Assembly: GCA_050309605.1 (NCBI GenBank)
Contig: JBNRMN010000067.1
Location: 1-64,000, forward strand
DNA length: 64,000 bases
Direction: 5' to 3'
Source of the DNA: Anaerohalosphaeraceae bacterium
GTDB lineage: Bacteria; Planctomycetota; Phycisphaerae; Sedimentisphaerales; Anaerohalosphaeraceae
The translations under genes were made by a program, and so were the position numbers. The first letter of the stretch is position 1. Every line of letters starts with the position of its first letter. Shown one piece after another: positions 48,053 to 59,340 of this stretch. The notes beneath the pieces are model-generated. The model did no database searches. It saw only the letters and a program-made list of their open reading frames with translations, and had not been told where the DNA came from.

Positions 48053-49330
48053 CTACATTTGTTTCATCAGTTCGCGCAGCATCGTGGTGGCATAGCAGCC
48101 GCTGGGCAGTTCAAATTCCAGTTGAAGAAATTCGCCGTGGTGGTCGCTTCCCGCCGAGACCTGTACCTGTTTCGGCTGAAACCGCAGCGGACGGCGTCCG
48201 CCGCGTCCGCCGTAATGTTTGAGCCATCGCAAATCCTCATCGTTCAACTGCAATGAATCGATCAGCGGGTTTTCATAATCGGCCGCCTCGTCGCTCAGCG
48301 CCGCCATTTTGACCCCGACCAGCGGGCCGGTGGGGCTGATTTCAAACCGGTCGCAGCGCGGCTGCTCGACGGCGGCGTCTTCGACTTTAAAACACGCACC
48401 GTTGTCGTGCTTATAGGCCATATCGCCTTTGAATAGTGTATCAATTCGCGGCATCCGCTCGACCAGCACGCGATTGAACAAATCGGACTGCCAGGCCGCA
48501 ACAAACAACCCCAGCAACTGCCGGTCAAACATCTCGAAAGCCCGCTCCACATCGCCGCCTTCGCGAATCAAATCCTTCAGCGCATACCGATGGTCGCGAA
48601 AATTCGGAAGCCACGCCTCATAAGCCGCCTGATAGTCGCCCTGTTCATAGAGCGTTCGTGCGCGGATAAAGGTCTGTTCGGTATCGAGTTCCGGCTTGCC
48701 CAGCAGAATATCAAAGAACAGACGCGCATCGCGCTTGACCGCCGCTTCGCCCAGCAAATGGGTGTCCTGCCGATAGCCGAACCGCTGCGGACCGAAATAG
48801 TTCGGCACCCCGGACCGCACCAGTACATCCAGAACCGCCTGTGCCCGCCAGAGCGCCTCGCCGATGGGCACGTCCATCTGACGGATGCGCAGCGTAAATC
48901 GATTGCCCGCCAGATGGCCGATCTTGAGCTTGTTGCCGTGGCGGCATACCTTGAGCACCTTGATTTTGCGGGATTGAAACTGTGCAATCTGATCCGGATC
49001 AACATGCTCAAACGAAATCCACTGGCGCGTAACCGCACGGGAATCCTTGCGTCCGGCGTAGCCTACCTCATTGCGGCGCACCCCCACCACCCGCGCAATC
49101 TCGGCGATCATATCGGTCGTGGTCATATTGCGTTTCTCAACGAACGCGAATACATGCGTCCCCTCGCCGGAAGGTTCGTACTGGGCAATTTCTTCAACGC
49201 GAAAGTCGTCCGGAATTTTCTTGATGACGCCGCCGATACCAGGAACATCTTCTGTCAAATAGGGAAAATCATGACGAATTAACTCAAGGTCGCCGTCGCG
49301 TCCGTCCGAGATGTGTTTGCGTTTTCTCAT
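48053..49330 (-). CDS. truD: tRNA pseudouridine(13) synthase
   Basis: DFRVEE, YAGRKDSRAVTRQ, GNRF, PNYFGPQRFG, LPSGCYAT. Confidence 0.96.
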   Translation of the reverse strand: MRKRKHISDGRDGDLELIRHDFPYLTEDVPGIGGVIKKIPDDFRVEEIAQYEPSGEGTHVFAFVEKRNMTTTDMIAEIARVVGVRRNEVGYAGRKDSRAVTRQWISFEHVDPDQIAQFQSRKIKVLKVCRHGNKLKIGHLAGNRFTLRIRQMDVPIGEALWRAQAVLDVLVRSGVPNYFGPQRFGYRQDTHLLGEAAVKRDARLFFDILLGKPELDTEQTFIRARTLYEQGDYQAAYEAWLPNFRDHRYALKDLIREGGDVERAFEMFDRQLLGLFVAAWQSDLFNRVLVERMPRIDTLFKGDMAYKHDNGACFKVEDAAVEQPRCDRFEISPTGPLVGVKMAALSDEAADYENPLIDSLQLNDEDLRWLKHYGGRGGRRPLRFQPKQVQVSAGSDHHGEFLQLEFELPSGCYATTMLRELMKQM

Positions 49331-49407
49331 CAGAGATAAGAAGGATCAAATCGATTGTCGAATTTCAATGCTCCGATTCTTTGATTTCACAGGAAGTCAC
49401 ATTTTAT

Positions 49408-49842
49408 TTACGGAACAAACGCCGCGGGGTAGTGCGTAATACAGGGCGCCCCATCAGGCGGCAAAATCACCGTCACCACGTCGAACCGCAAAGGTCTGTC
49501 CGACACGTTATACTGCGTCAGAAAGCGCTTTGCGGTTCGAGCGATTTTTCGTTGTTTTTTGGCATTGACCGCCGCCGCGGCCGGAGCAAAATCTTCGCTG
49601 CGGCGGGTTTTGACCTCCACAAAGACGAGCGTTCCGTCTGTTTCGCACACCACCAGGTCCAGTTCGCCGCACGCGGCCGACCAGTTTCGTGCAATCGTCC
49701 GGCAGCCCCGACGTGTCAGTGTCCGCTCGGCCTGGCGCTGACCCCAGCGTCCCAGCCGTTGACGATCCGCCAGCAGCCGACGCCGCATCCACGGCCACGG
49801 CCGCGACAAACCGAGATTCCGTCCAATCTGCGGCAGCACCAT
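49408..49842 (-). CDS. yraN: YraN family protein
   Basis: GELDLV, LVFVEVKTR, RFDVV. Confidence 0.9.
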   Translation of the reverse strand: MVLPQIGRNLGLSRPWPWMRRRLLADRQRLGRWGQRQAERTLTRRGCRTIARNWSAACGELDLVVCETDGTLVFVEVKTRRSEDFAPAAAAVNAKKQRKIARTAKRFLTQYNVSDRPLRFDVVTVILPPDGAPCITHYPAAFVP

Positions 49843-49856
49843 TCGGCTCCAACCGG

Positions 49857-50225
49857 TTATTTGGAGACGGTGTGCTTGCTGTGCCGCTGCGACAGACGCA
49901 CGCCCTTGCCCACGCGGTCGCGCAGGTAGTACAGCTTGGCCCGGCGGGCTTTGCCGCTGCGAATCGGACGAATATCCACGATGTTCGGCGAATGCAGCGG
50001 GAACGTCCGCTCGACACCCTCATCGTCGATCATTCGGCGCACGGTGAACATCTCGTTCATCCCGCGGCCCTTGCGACTGATCACCGTCCCGGTAAAAATC
50101 TGCGTGCGAACCTTTTCGCCTTCCACAATACGGCAATGCACATCGACGGTATCGCCGACCTCAAAATACGGCGTCTCCGGTCGAAGACTTTTCTGTTCGA
50201 CAAGTTCGAGTAATTTCGTTTTCAC
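49857..50225 (-). CDS. rplS: 50S ribosomal protein L19
   Basis: [33 protein letters not shown]. Confidence 0.98.
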   Translation of the reverse strand: MKTKLLELVEQKSLRPETPYFEVGDTVDVHCRIVEGEKVRTQIFTGTVISRKGRGMNEMFTVRRMIDDEGVERTFPLHSPNIVDIRPIRSGKARRAKLYYLRDRVGKGVRLSQRHSKHTVSK

Positions 50226-50974
50226 GTTTCTATCTCCTGATTCTTCTCTTTTTTGAGTGTTTTGTTAGTCGCCTGCCGACGCGCCAGCCACGCGGCATAC
50301 AAATCCGGGCGGCGCTGCTGCGTTCGTTGCAGGCTTTGTTCCATGCGCCATTGGGCAATTTTGCCGTGGTCGCCGCTGAGCAGTATCTGCGGCACACGCA
50401 TGCCGCGAAATTCGTCCGGCCGTGTGTAATGCGGATACTCCAGCAGCCCGTCGCCAAACGAGTCATTGGCCGCCGAGTCTTCATCGCCCAGTGCCCCGTC
50501 CAGCAAACGCACCACCGCATCAATGACCACCATCGCCGCCAGCTCGCCGCCGCTGAGGACATAATCGCCGATGGAAAGCTCCTCGGCGTCCAGCCCTTCG
50601 CGGATGCGCTCATCAAAGCCTTCATAACGTCCCGCAACCAGGATCAACCGCGGTTCCCGGCTCAACTGAATGGCTCGGGCTTGGGTCAGCGGCGCGCCCT
50701 GCGGTGTCAGCAGGATGAGGCGTCCCGGCTGCGGCATCAACGACCGCACGTGCTCGACACACGCAAACACCGGCGGGCACATCATGACCATACCCGGGCC
50801 GCCGCCATAGGGTTTATCGTCCACCTTGCGATAGGCGTCGGCGGCGAACTCTCTGATATTTGAAAGAACTATCTCAATGATGCCCTGCTGCTGCGCCCGT
50901 TTGAGAATCGAATGACTCAGGGGCGATTCAAACATCTCAGGAAACAGCGTCAGAACATCGATACGCATCGTCAT
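50222..50974 (-). CDS. trmD: tRNA (guanine37-N1)-methyltransferase
   Basis: [49 protein letters not shown]. Confidence 0.98.
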   Translation of the reverse strand: MTMRIDVLTLFPEMFESPLSHSILKRAQQQGIIEIVLSNIREFAADAYRKVDDKPYGGGPGMVMMCPPVFACVEHVRSLMPQPGRLILLTPQGAPLTQARAIQLSREPRLILVAGRYEGFDERIREGLDAEELSIGDYVLSGGELAAMVVIDAVVRLLDGALGDEDSAANDSFGDGLLEYPHYTRPDEFRGMRVPQILLSGDHGKIAQWRMEQSLQRTQQRRPDLYAAWLARRQATNKTLKKEKNQEIET

Positions 50975-50977
50975 TCA

Positions 50978-51370
50978 TCAGGCCGAAGCTGGTTCTTCGT
51001 TTTTACTGGCTTCGGCAGCCTTGGCCGCGGCCTCTTTTTCCGCTTTGGTAAAGGGTTTGCCCAGCTTGCGGGCAATCGCCCGAGCGCGATCACGACGTGC
51101 CTTTTTGGCATCAAGGCTCGGACAGGCAATGCCGCGTTTGACCAGCATTTCGGCGACGGTATCCGTCGGCACTGCGCCGAGCTGCATCCAGTGCCTGACC
51201 CGCTCCAGATTGAGCACGATTTTCTTCTCTTCATCTTTTTCAAGAGGGTCATAGTGACCGAGTTTTTCAAGCACTCGTCCGTCACGCGGCGTGCGCGATT
51301 CAACCGCATTGATGCGGAAGAATGGCCGATGACGCCGTCCCATTCGGGTCATTCTGATTCGTACTGCCAT
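50978..51370 (-). CDS. rpsP: 30S ribosomal protein S16
   Basis: MAVRIRMTRMGRRHRPFFRI, PRDGR, LGHYDP. Confidence 0.98.
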   Translation of the reverse strand: MAVRIRMTRMGRRHRPFFRINAVESRTPRDGRVLEKLGHYDPLEKDEEKKIVLNLERVRHWMQLGAVPTDTVAEMLVKRGIACPSLDAKKARRDRARAIARKLGKPFTKAEKEAAAKAAEASKNEEPASA

Positions 51371-51500
51371 GGTGTTTCCTTTCCTGAAAAGGTATATAAT
51401 AAATTTTTGCATCCACACCGGACACAAAACACGTTAACCAGCCAAAATCATCAATCTAAAAGAAAGAGCAAAAACCTCGAATCGCTTTCAGCAATATATT

Positions 51501-51815
51501 TTATTTTTGCTTTTTTGCTTTTACCTTTTCAATGGCAAAGCCATTGATGAAGATCGCCGCCAGTGCCGGATCCACCCCGGCGGTTTTGGCGATATCCGCG
51601 ACCTGCTCATCGGTCAACTGCGCCGCGTTTTGCTTCTCATCAGGTGTCATCGCTTCGGCCAGCCGGCAAAACTGGTCATATTCGTCCCGCGTTGGCGCCG
51701 CCAGCATCGCCAGTTCGCTTTTGCCGTCGATGGATTGAAACTGCGACCGCATTCGGCGACCGTAGGCGTCATCCACAAACCGCTCCAGCGACCTGAGATA
51801 CTCATCCAGTCCCAC
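51501..51815 (-). CDS. Stand-alone, divergent SRP54/Ffh M-domain-like protein (104 aa)
   Basis: GTG start 5 nt after the ffh stop; ungapped manual alignment to the M domain of the adjacent Ffh (see findings). Confidence 0.75.
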   Translation of the reverse strand: MGLDEYLRSLERFVDDAYGRRMRSQFQSIDGKSELAMLAAPTRDEYDQFCRLAEAMTPDEKQNAAQLTDEQVADIAKTAGVDPALAAIFINGFAIEKVKAKKQK

Positions 51816-51820
51816 GGCGA

Positions 51821-53230
<1,410 letters not shown>

Positions 53231-53390
53231 GCCGATTTTCATCCCAAAAAAGGTGTTTCAGTCTCGCACCGACCAAGAGACCTCCACTGTCAGCGCAGAG
53301 AACAACCGTCAAAACGACGGATTTTACGGATTTTTCTTGTGTTTTGCAAGCCAAAAACCGAAAAATGCCGGATAAACAACAGCCCAGCCG

Positions 53391-53751
53391 CAACAGCCGA
53401 CCCGCGCAAGCGGCCGGATCCTGTGGCGTCTTGCAAAACGTCCCATTTATCCGCATCCCCCTATCGGGCGGCTTGCGCCGCCGCGCTGTTGTGCGCGATG
53501 TTGCGCCGCGTCATCGTACAACAGCCGAGCGGCGCGAGCCGCCGGATAATCTTGCGACTTGGAAAACGCCCCATCTATCCGCATCCCTATCGGGCCTCTT
53601 GCGCGGCCGCGCTGTTGTGCGCGCTGTTGCGTTGCGTCATCGTACAACAGCCGAGCGGCGCGAGCCGCCGGATAATCTTGCGACTTGGAAAACGCCCCAT
53701 CCATCCGCATCCCCCTATCGGGCCGCTTGCGCGGCCGCGCTGTTGTGCCGC
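53391..53751. repeat. REP/BIME-like tandem array, about 3 x 127 bp, each unit with two inverted GC-rich palindromes
   Basis: Units start at 53391, 53519 and 53645; cores AGCCGAGCGGCGCGAGCCGCCGGAT and ATCGGGCGGCTTGCGCCGCCGCGCT. Confidence 0.85.
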
Positions 53752-53876
53752 AATTTTATGACGTGCAAAAACAATTTTTTGTCTATTTTAACAAATCTTT
53801 GTTAATTTGCGTGTTTTTATGGTCGAAACACCGTCAGTAATAAACCATATATCACAGGATTTTAGGAGATTTGACC

Positions 53877-54242
53877 ATGGATTGCGTAATGGAACGACGG
53901 CGGGAAGCAAGATTGCGTTACAGTTGGCCCATCTGGTTTGCGGAGGATTTTGACGACATCCTTACCCAGGGACAGATGGTCGATCTGTCCAGCAGCGGCG
54001 CGGCGTTCACCTGTTACGCAGATCGCTGTCCCGGCCACGGTGAACACATCACCGCCCGTTTCAGCGTCCCTGCATCCGAGACAGCGGACTCCTTTGATCT
54101 GAAAAATTTCATTCGCGACGGCAAAATCTGCCGAATTGACGAGCTGGGGCCGCATATTCGCCGCGTGGCGTTTCAGTTTTGCGAGCCGCTGCCCTTCAAG
54201 CCCGCCGAGCAAAATGCAGAGTCGGAATTGATGTCCGTCTGA
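53877..54242 (+). CDS. PilZ-domain protein
   Basis: ERRREAR (RxxxR), DLSSSG (DxSxxG), AFQF; AGGAG RBS. Confidence 0.88.
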   Translation: MDCVMERRREARLRYSWPIWFAEDFDDILTQGQMVDLSSSGAAFTCYADRCPGHGEHITARFSVPASETADSFDLKNFIRDGKICRIDELGPHIRRVAFQFCEPLPFKPAEQNAESELMSV

Positions 54243-54266
54243 GTCCATTTAACAGTTCACTGTCCA

Positions 54267-54301
54267 GGCCCGGCCGGTTTTTTTACCGTCGGGCTTTTTT
54301 T
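54267..54301 (+). terminator. Intrinsic terminator after the PilZ gene
   Basis: GCCCGGCCGGT...ACCGTCGGGC followed by a T-run. Confidence 0.65.
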
Positions 54302-54338
54302 ATTGACCTCTTGGCCGGCGAGGTTAGTATATAAAGGT

Positions 54339-54884
54339 ATGTTGGAAAAAGGACTTGTACAGGTTTACACCGGCCGAGGTAAAGGCAAAACCACCGCCGC
54401 GCTCGGGCTGGCGCTGCGTGCGGCAGGGCACGGCGCCAACGTTTTGATTTATCAATTTCTCAAACCGGCTGAGCTGGCCGTTGGCGAACGCAGCTTTCTC
54501 CAGGCCGGAACCATTGAAGGCATTAACCTGCGCACGCTGGATGAACCGTGGGATATGTTTGAATCTATGGGCGACCAGCAGGCTCTTGCACGGGTGCGAA
54601 AGGCGATTTCCGAGGCCCTGAAGGAACTGGAGACCGCCGCTCACGAGAAATATTACGATGTCATCGTGCTGGACGAGATTGTCTTTTGCCTCGAACACAA
54701 GCTGGCATCGATGGACGACATCCGCTGTCTGATTGAGAACCGCGACCCGCATGTCGAACTGGTGCTGACCGGACGGGGCGCGTCGCAGGAACTGATTGAT
54801 ATGGCCGATCTGGTCACTGAGATGCGCTCGATCAAACACCCCTTCGACGACGGCGCCGCCGCCCGCAAAGGCATCGAGTACTAA
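54339..54884 (+). CDS. cobO: Cob(I)alamin adenosyltransferase
   Basis: VYTGRGKGKTTAALG, QFLK, VLDEI, LVLTGR, ADLVTEM..IKHP, GIEY. Confidence 0.95.
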   Translation: MLEKGLVQVYTGRGKGKTTAALGLALRAAGHGANVLIYQFLKPAELAVGERSFLQAGTIEGINLRTLDEPWDMFESMGDQQALARVRKAISEALKELETAAHEKYYDVIVLDEIVFCLEHKLASMDDIRCLIENRDPHVELVLTGRGASQELIDMADLVTEMRSIKHPFDDGAAARKGIEY

Positions 54885-55900
54885 TTCAGCGTTTTTTTAA
54901 TGCGGATTCCGTCGCCGTAATCCTCCAGTTCATGCAGCCGAGCACGGGACTGCGGACTCATCGTCGGCCGATGACACACCAGCTTCAGCCGTCCATCAAA
55001 GGTCCTGAAAATCATCCCATGTCCGCTGTCGTCGGTCAGCAGCGGTTCGGCCTGACGCCACGGTCCGGCCAGCCGACCGGACAGCGAATAGGCGACCGTC
55101 TGGGCATACGTGCTGTTTTCCTGCCAACTGGACCAAATCATCAGCAGTTTTCCGGTTCGGGTTCGATAAAAAAACGGCCCGTCGGTGACAAAGGTCCGCG
55201 GCGGGTCGTCCGGCTTGGCCTGCCACGGCGAAATCCACGGCGCGTCCGAGCCGCGAAACAGCAACATCGGCTGCCCGACCGAGACGGACAAATCCGGCGA
55301 AAGCCGTACCGCGCTGATCGTGCCGTCGGTAACCTGAATCCACTCATGACAATAGACCATCCAGGGCACACCGTCCTCGACAAACAGCGTGCCGTCCAGC
55401 GTCATCAACCCGTCCGGCGTACTCGGTTTATCGGCTATTGCCTTGAACGGCCCGTCCGGGCGGTCGCTGACAAAGACCTGCGTGGCCCGCATATGCGTCA
55501 CGCGCGGCGTTTGGGGCGGTTCCGTGTAAATTTTGTCCTGATTATGCAGCGTCACGAATAGATAATACTTGTCTTTATACTGATGCACTTCCGGTGCCCA
55601 GGCGCCATGTGCGGGATTGGCCCAGCCGTCTTGGGGGACGTCAAAGACCACGTGGGGTCCGAACCACATCTGAAGGTCTTTGCTTGTATAGGCGACAACG
55701 CCGGCCTGTCCTCGCGGCAGCGCACCGGAGGTGACGCTCGTATAGAGATAATAGGTTTGGCTTTCGCCGTCGGCCAGGATGAACGGATCGTGTGCTCGAA
55801 ACGCCTCCAGTGGTCGGCCTTCGTCGCCGTGTGCCGGGGCAATCAGCACCTGCACGGCAAACAGCACAACAGCAACACCATATAAACCGTCTCTTGTCAT
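54881..55900 (-). CDS. Secreted glycoside hydrolase family 43
   Basis: Signal peptide; HDPFI, WAPEV, TLDG, YCHEW, VTDGP, SGHGM. Confidence 0.9.
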   Translation of the reverse strand: MTRDGLYGVAVVLFAVQVLIAPAHGDEGRPLEAFRAHDPFILADGESQTYYLYTSVTSGALPRGQAGVVAYTSKDLQMWFGPHVVFDVPQDGWANPAHGAWAPEVHQYKDKYYLFVTLHNQDKIYTEPPQTPRVTHMRATQVFVSDRPDGPFKAIADKPSTPDGLMTLDGTLFVEDGVPWMVYCHEWIQVTDGTISAVRLSPDLSVSVGQPMLLFRGSDAPWISPWQAKPDDPPRTFVTDGPFFYRTRTGKLLMIWSSWQENSTYAQTVAYSLSGRLAGPWRQAEPLLTDDSGHGMIFRTFDGRLKLVCHRPTMSPQSRARLHELEDYGDGIRIKKTLN

Positions 55901-56080
55901 TGGTTGTCCTTTCTGTTCGAGAGGATGATTCCGGTGGCTTTGTAAGCAACCTGCACTGTACCTCAAACGCCGAAAAACCGCAATATATTGGACAATTTTT
56001 CAAAAAAACTGCAATATTTCTACATCCCTAACGTTCAGATTCTTTGAAAAGAGATTGATGATCGCCAACCTATTCCCTCA

Positions 56081-56122
56081 GCGGGTTGCGGGCGCTGGTC
56101 GCCTGCGGCCCGTCTTTTTTTG
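56081..56122 (+). terminator. Plus-strand terminator-like hairpin in a divergent intergenic region
   Basis: 14-bp stem with four G-U pairs followed by a T-run. Confidence 0.6.
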
Positions 56123-56282
56123 ACTTCATAGAATATATCTATACTACCCGGTGTTTGTTTGGGTTCGAATTGGCTGTGTTTGGACGAAATTTGCGGTTGA
56201 GTTTGGCGTTCATTTGGGTATAGTGGGGTCAGATTGGGATCATCGAACAGTTTGGCATCCTCAAACCACATGGAGACGCGAT

Positions 56283-57719
56283 ATGAACTATCTTGCAGTC
56301 GATCTGGGAGCCGAGAGCGGACGGGTCATGATTGGAACCATTCACGACGACAAACTTACCCTGCGTCAGGCGCACCGTTTTGCCAACGGGCCGGTTGAGG
56401 AAAACGGCTCGCTGAAGTGGGATTTCGAAAAGCTGATGGGCGAAATCAAGGCCGGGCTGAAAATGGCCATCGCCGAGTGCAAAGGCGACGTGGCCGGCAT
56501 CGGCGTCGATAGCTGGGGGGTGGATTTCGGTCTGCTGGACAAGAACGGCAGAGTGCTCGAAAAACCCTATCATTACCGCGACAGCCGCACCAACGGAATG
56601 ATTGAGAAGGCCTGTGAGTTGATGGGACGCCGCGCGCTGTACGACAACAGCGGCATTCAGTTTCTGCCGTTTAACAGCGTCTATCAGTTGTTGGCAATGC
56701 GAACCGCCGGCGATCCGGCACTGGACAACGCCGACAAACTGATGTTTATCGCCGATCTGGTCGCGTATCATTTGTGCGGACAGGTGTTTGCCGAGTACAG
56801 TTTGGCCAGTACCTCGCAGTTGATGGATATGCGCACGGGCCGATGGTCTCAGGCGATTCTTGAGGCCCTGGGTCTGCCTGAACACCTGCTGCCTGTGATC
56901 CTGCCGACCGGCACGATGCTGGCCAAATTGACCGAGACGACGGCCCAGGAGCTGGGCTGTGAACCGATTCCGGTGATTGCCACCGCTTCGCACGACACGG
57001 CCTGTGCGGTCGCGGGCGTGCCGGCGAGAAAGGATACCGATTGGGCGTATCTGTCCAGCGGCACGTGGAGTCTGATGGGCATCGAAACACCCAAGGCCGT
57101 GATCAATGACACCACCTATGAGTTTATGTTCACCAACGAAGGCGGCGTGGGTAATACGATTCGCCTGCTGAAAAATATTATGGGTCTGTGGCTCGTGCAG
57201 GAGTGCCGGCGTCAGTGGCAGCGTGAAGGCGATACGCTGGATTATGCTCAATTGACTGAACTGGCCAAAAAGGCCAGGCCTTTTGCTGCGACAATTGATC
57301 CGGACTACGGCGATTTCCTGGCCCCCGGCGATATGCCGGAAAAAATCAACCGTTATCTTGAAAGCACCGGCCAGCAGCGCATCGACGACAAAGGACAGAT
57401 GGTTCGAGTCGTTATTGAAAGTCTGGCGCGGCGCTATCGGCAGACGCTCAAGCAGCTTGAAGAACTCAAGGGCGGCCCGATTGATGTCTTGCATATGGTC
57501 GGCGGCGGCATTCAAAATGAGCTGCTCAATCAACTGACCGCCGATGCGACCGGCTGTACCGTGATTGCCGGCCCGGTGGAGGCGACGGCGGGGGGCAATG
57601 TACTCGTCCAGGCGATGGCGTCCGGGCAGATTTCTTCGCTGGCGGCGGCCCGGCAGGTGATGGCCAACTCCGTTGAACTGAAGACCTATCAACCCGACAA
57701 TACCGAAGCGTGGATGTAG
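56283..57719 (+). CDS. rhaB: Rhamnulokinase (FGGY family)
   Basis: LAVDLGAESGR, DSWGVDF, HYRDSRT, ASHDTA, SSGTWSL, FTNEGG, LKNIMGLW, GPVEAT. Confidence 0.93.
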   Translation: MNYLAVDLGAESGRVMIGTIHDDKLTLRQAHRFANGPVEENGSLKWDFEKLMGEIKAGLKMAIAECKGDVAGIGVDSWGVDFGLLDKNGRVLEKPYHYRDSRTNGMIEKACELMGRRALYDNSGIQFLPFNSVYQLLAMRTAGDPALDNADKLMFIADLVAYHLCGQVFAEYSLASTSQLMDMRTGRWSQAILEALGLPEHLLPVILPTGTMLAKLTETTAQELGCEPIPVIATASHDTACAVAGVPARKDTDWAYLSSGTWSLMGIETPKAVINDTTYEFMFTNEGGVGNTIRLLKNIMGLWLVQECRRQWQREGDTLDYAQLTELAKKARPFAATIDPDYGDFLAPGDMPEKINRYLESTGQQRIDDKGQMVRVVIESLARRYRQTLKQLEELKGGPIDVLHMVGGGIQNELLNQLTADATGCTVIAGPVEATAGGNVLVQAMASGQISSLAAARQVMANSVELKTYQPDNTEAWM

Positions 57720-57751
57720 AATTCAGAATGTAGGATTGAGATTTTCAGATT

Positions 57752-59239
57752 GTGGAAGATGTAAGCACTTTTGTCAAGCTCATTGAGAGCGGCTATCCGT
57801 GTCTGTCCATCGTCACGCACGAGGAGCATGAAGCGCTGGATGTCGTTCGGCGGGCGGCCAAGAATCTCGAATATCAGATGCGGGTCTGGTCGCTCGGTCT
57901 GGGGATGCGCAACGGACTGAATCCGCTCGATCCGCCCGATACCCAACTGCGCTCGCCTGAAGCGGGTCTGCTTGCGTTTTCTCGAATGCCTACCAAAACC
58001 GTCTGTGTTGCCCTGGATATCGCACCGCTGCTGAATTCATCGCTGGTATTGCGGGCGCTGCGCGATACAATCCATCATGTTGAATTGAACAAAAATGTGC
58101 TCGTGCTGGTGGACAGCGAAGACAAGCTGCCCGATGTCATCAAGTCTCACGCCCGCAGTTTTGAACTGTCGCTGCCGACGGATGTGGAGCTGGATTTGCT
58201 GGTACGCTCCACGGTACGGGAAATTTTTCATGTGACGCCGTTGGAAATCGGCATCACCAAAAGCGGATTGGCGGCCATGGTTCGCAATTTGCGAGGGCTT
58301 TCACCGCGACAGGCACGGCAGTTGATTTATGATATTACCGTTTCCGATAAGCGGCTGGACGACAGTGATGTCAACAAGATTATCGCCGGCAAACGCCGGC
58401 TGCTGCAATCGGACGGCCTGCTCGAATATGTCGAAGCGCCGCTGACGATGGATGAAATCGGCGGGATGGCGAATCTGAAGGAATGGCTGCGGATGCGCAA
58501 AAACGCCTTCAGCGAACAAGCCGTCCGATTCGGCCTGACGCCGCCGCGCGGCGTCCTGATGCTCGGTGTGCAGGGCGCCGGCAAGAGCCTGTGCGCCAAG
58601 GCCATCGCCACGGCCTGGCAGCAGCCGCTGTTTCGGCTTGACTGCGGCACGCTGTACAACAGTTACGTCGGCGAATCCGAACGCAACCTGCGAAAGGCCC
58701 TTCGCCAGATCGAGGCGATGGCGCCGGCGGTCTTGTGGATTGACGAGATCGAAAAGGCCTTTGCCTCCGCGGCCAGCCGCAGCACCGACGGCGGTCTGAG
58801 CAAGCGGATGTTCGCCACGCTGCTGACCTGGATGCAGGAGCACGCCGAGCCGGTCTTTCTGGTTGCCACCGCCAACGATATCAACGCATTGCCGCCGGAA
58901 CTGCTGCGTAAGGGGCGGTTTGATGAAATCTTTTTTGTCGGGTTGCCGGGGCCGCAGGCCCGCGAGGCGATTTTCCGGATCCATCTGTCCAAACGCGGCC
59001 GTCCGGCCGAGCCATTCGATATTGCCCAACTGGCCGCGGCGGCAGAAGGATACAGCGGCGCCGAGATCGAGCAGGCCGTGCTCTCGGCTTTGCATGGGGC
59101 CTTTGATAAGCAGGTTCCCCTGGATACGGCGCTGCTGGAAAAGACGCTGCGGGCGTCGCCGCCCATTTCCGTAACGCGGGCTGAAGAAATCGCCGCCCTG
59201 TGCGAATGGGCGCAGGGCCGATGCGTCCTGGCGGATTGA
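57752..59239 (+). CDS. AAA+ ATPase, Ycf46-like
   Basis: Degenerate N-terminal AAA domain; IGGM.NLKEW, GVQGAGKS, WIDEIEK, ATAN...LPPELLRKGRFDE. Confidence 0.85.
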   Translation: MEDVSTFVKLIESGYPCLSIVTHEEHEALDVVRRAAKNLEYQMRVWSLGLGMRNGLNPLDPPDTQLRSPEAGLLAFSRMPTKTVCVALDIAPLLNSSLVLRALRDTIHHVELNKNVLVLVDSEDKLPDVIKSHARSFELSLPTDVELDLLVRSTVREIFHVTPLEIGITKSGLAAMVRNLRGLSPRQARQLIYDITVSDKRLDDSDVNKIIAGKRRLLQSDGLLEYVEAPLTMDEIGGMANLKEWLRMRKNAFSEQAVRFGLTPPRGVLMLGVQGAGKSLCAKAIATAWQQPLFRLDCGTLYNSYVGESERNLRKALRQIEAMAPAVLWIDEIEKAFASAASRSTDGGLSKRMFATLLTWMQEHAEPVFLVATANDINALPPELLRKGRFDEIFFVGLPGPQAREAIFRIHLSKRGRPAEPFDIAQLAAAAEGYSGAEIEQAVLSALHGAFDKQVPLDTALLEKTLRASPPISVTRAEEIAALCEWAQGRCVLAD

Positions 59240-59340
59240 CTTCATGCCACGCATGCAAAAATGCGGGTAACAGGCTTTCGATGGGAACGTCTAAGAAGAA
59301 TGAAATCGCGTTTTTATTCAAACCATAAAGGAGAGTTTTT

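Noticed and set aside
50222..51370. rimM missing between rpsP and trmD
   Set aside because: The observation is real, but to my knowledge this arrangement is common in PVC bacteria, so it is not novel.
53391..53751. Possible CRISPR array (also 61621-61997)
   Set aside because: The sequences between the palindromes are themselves repeated, the repeats alternate in orientation, and there are no cas genes. This is REP/BIME-like.
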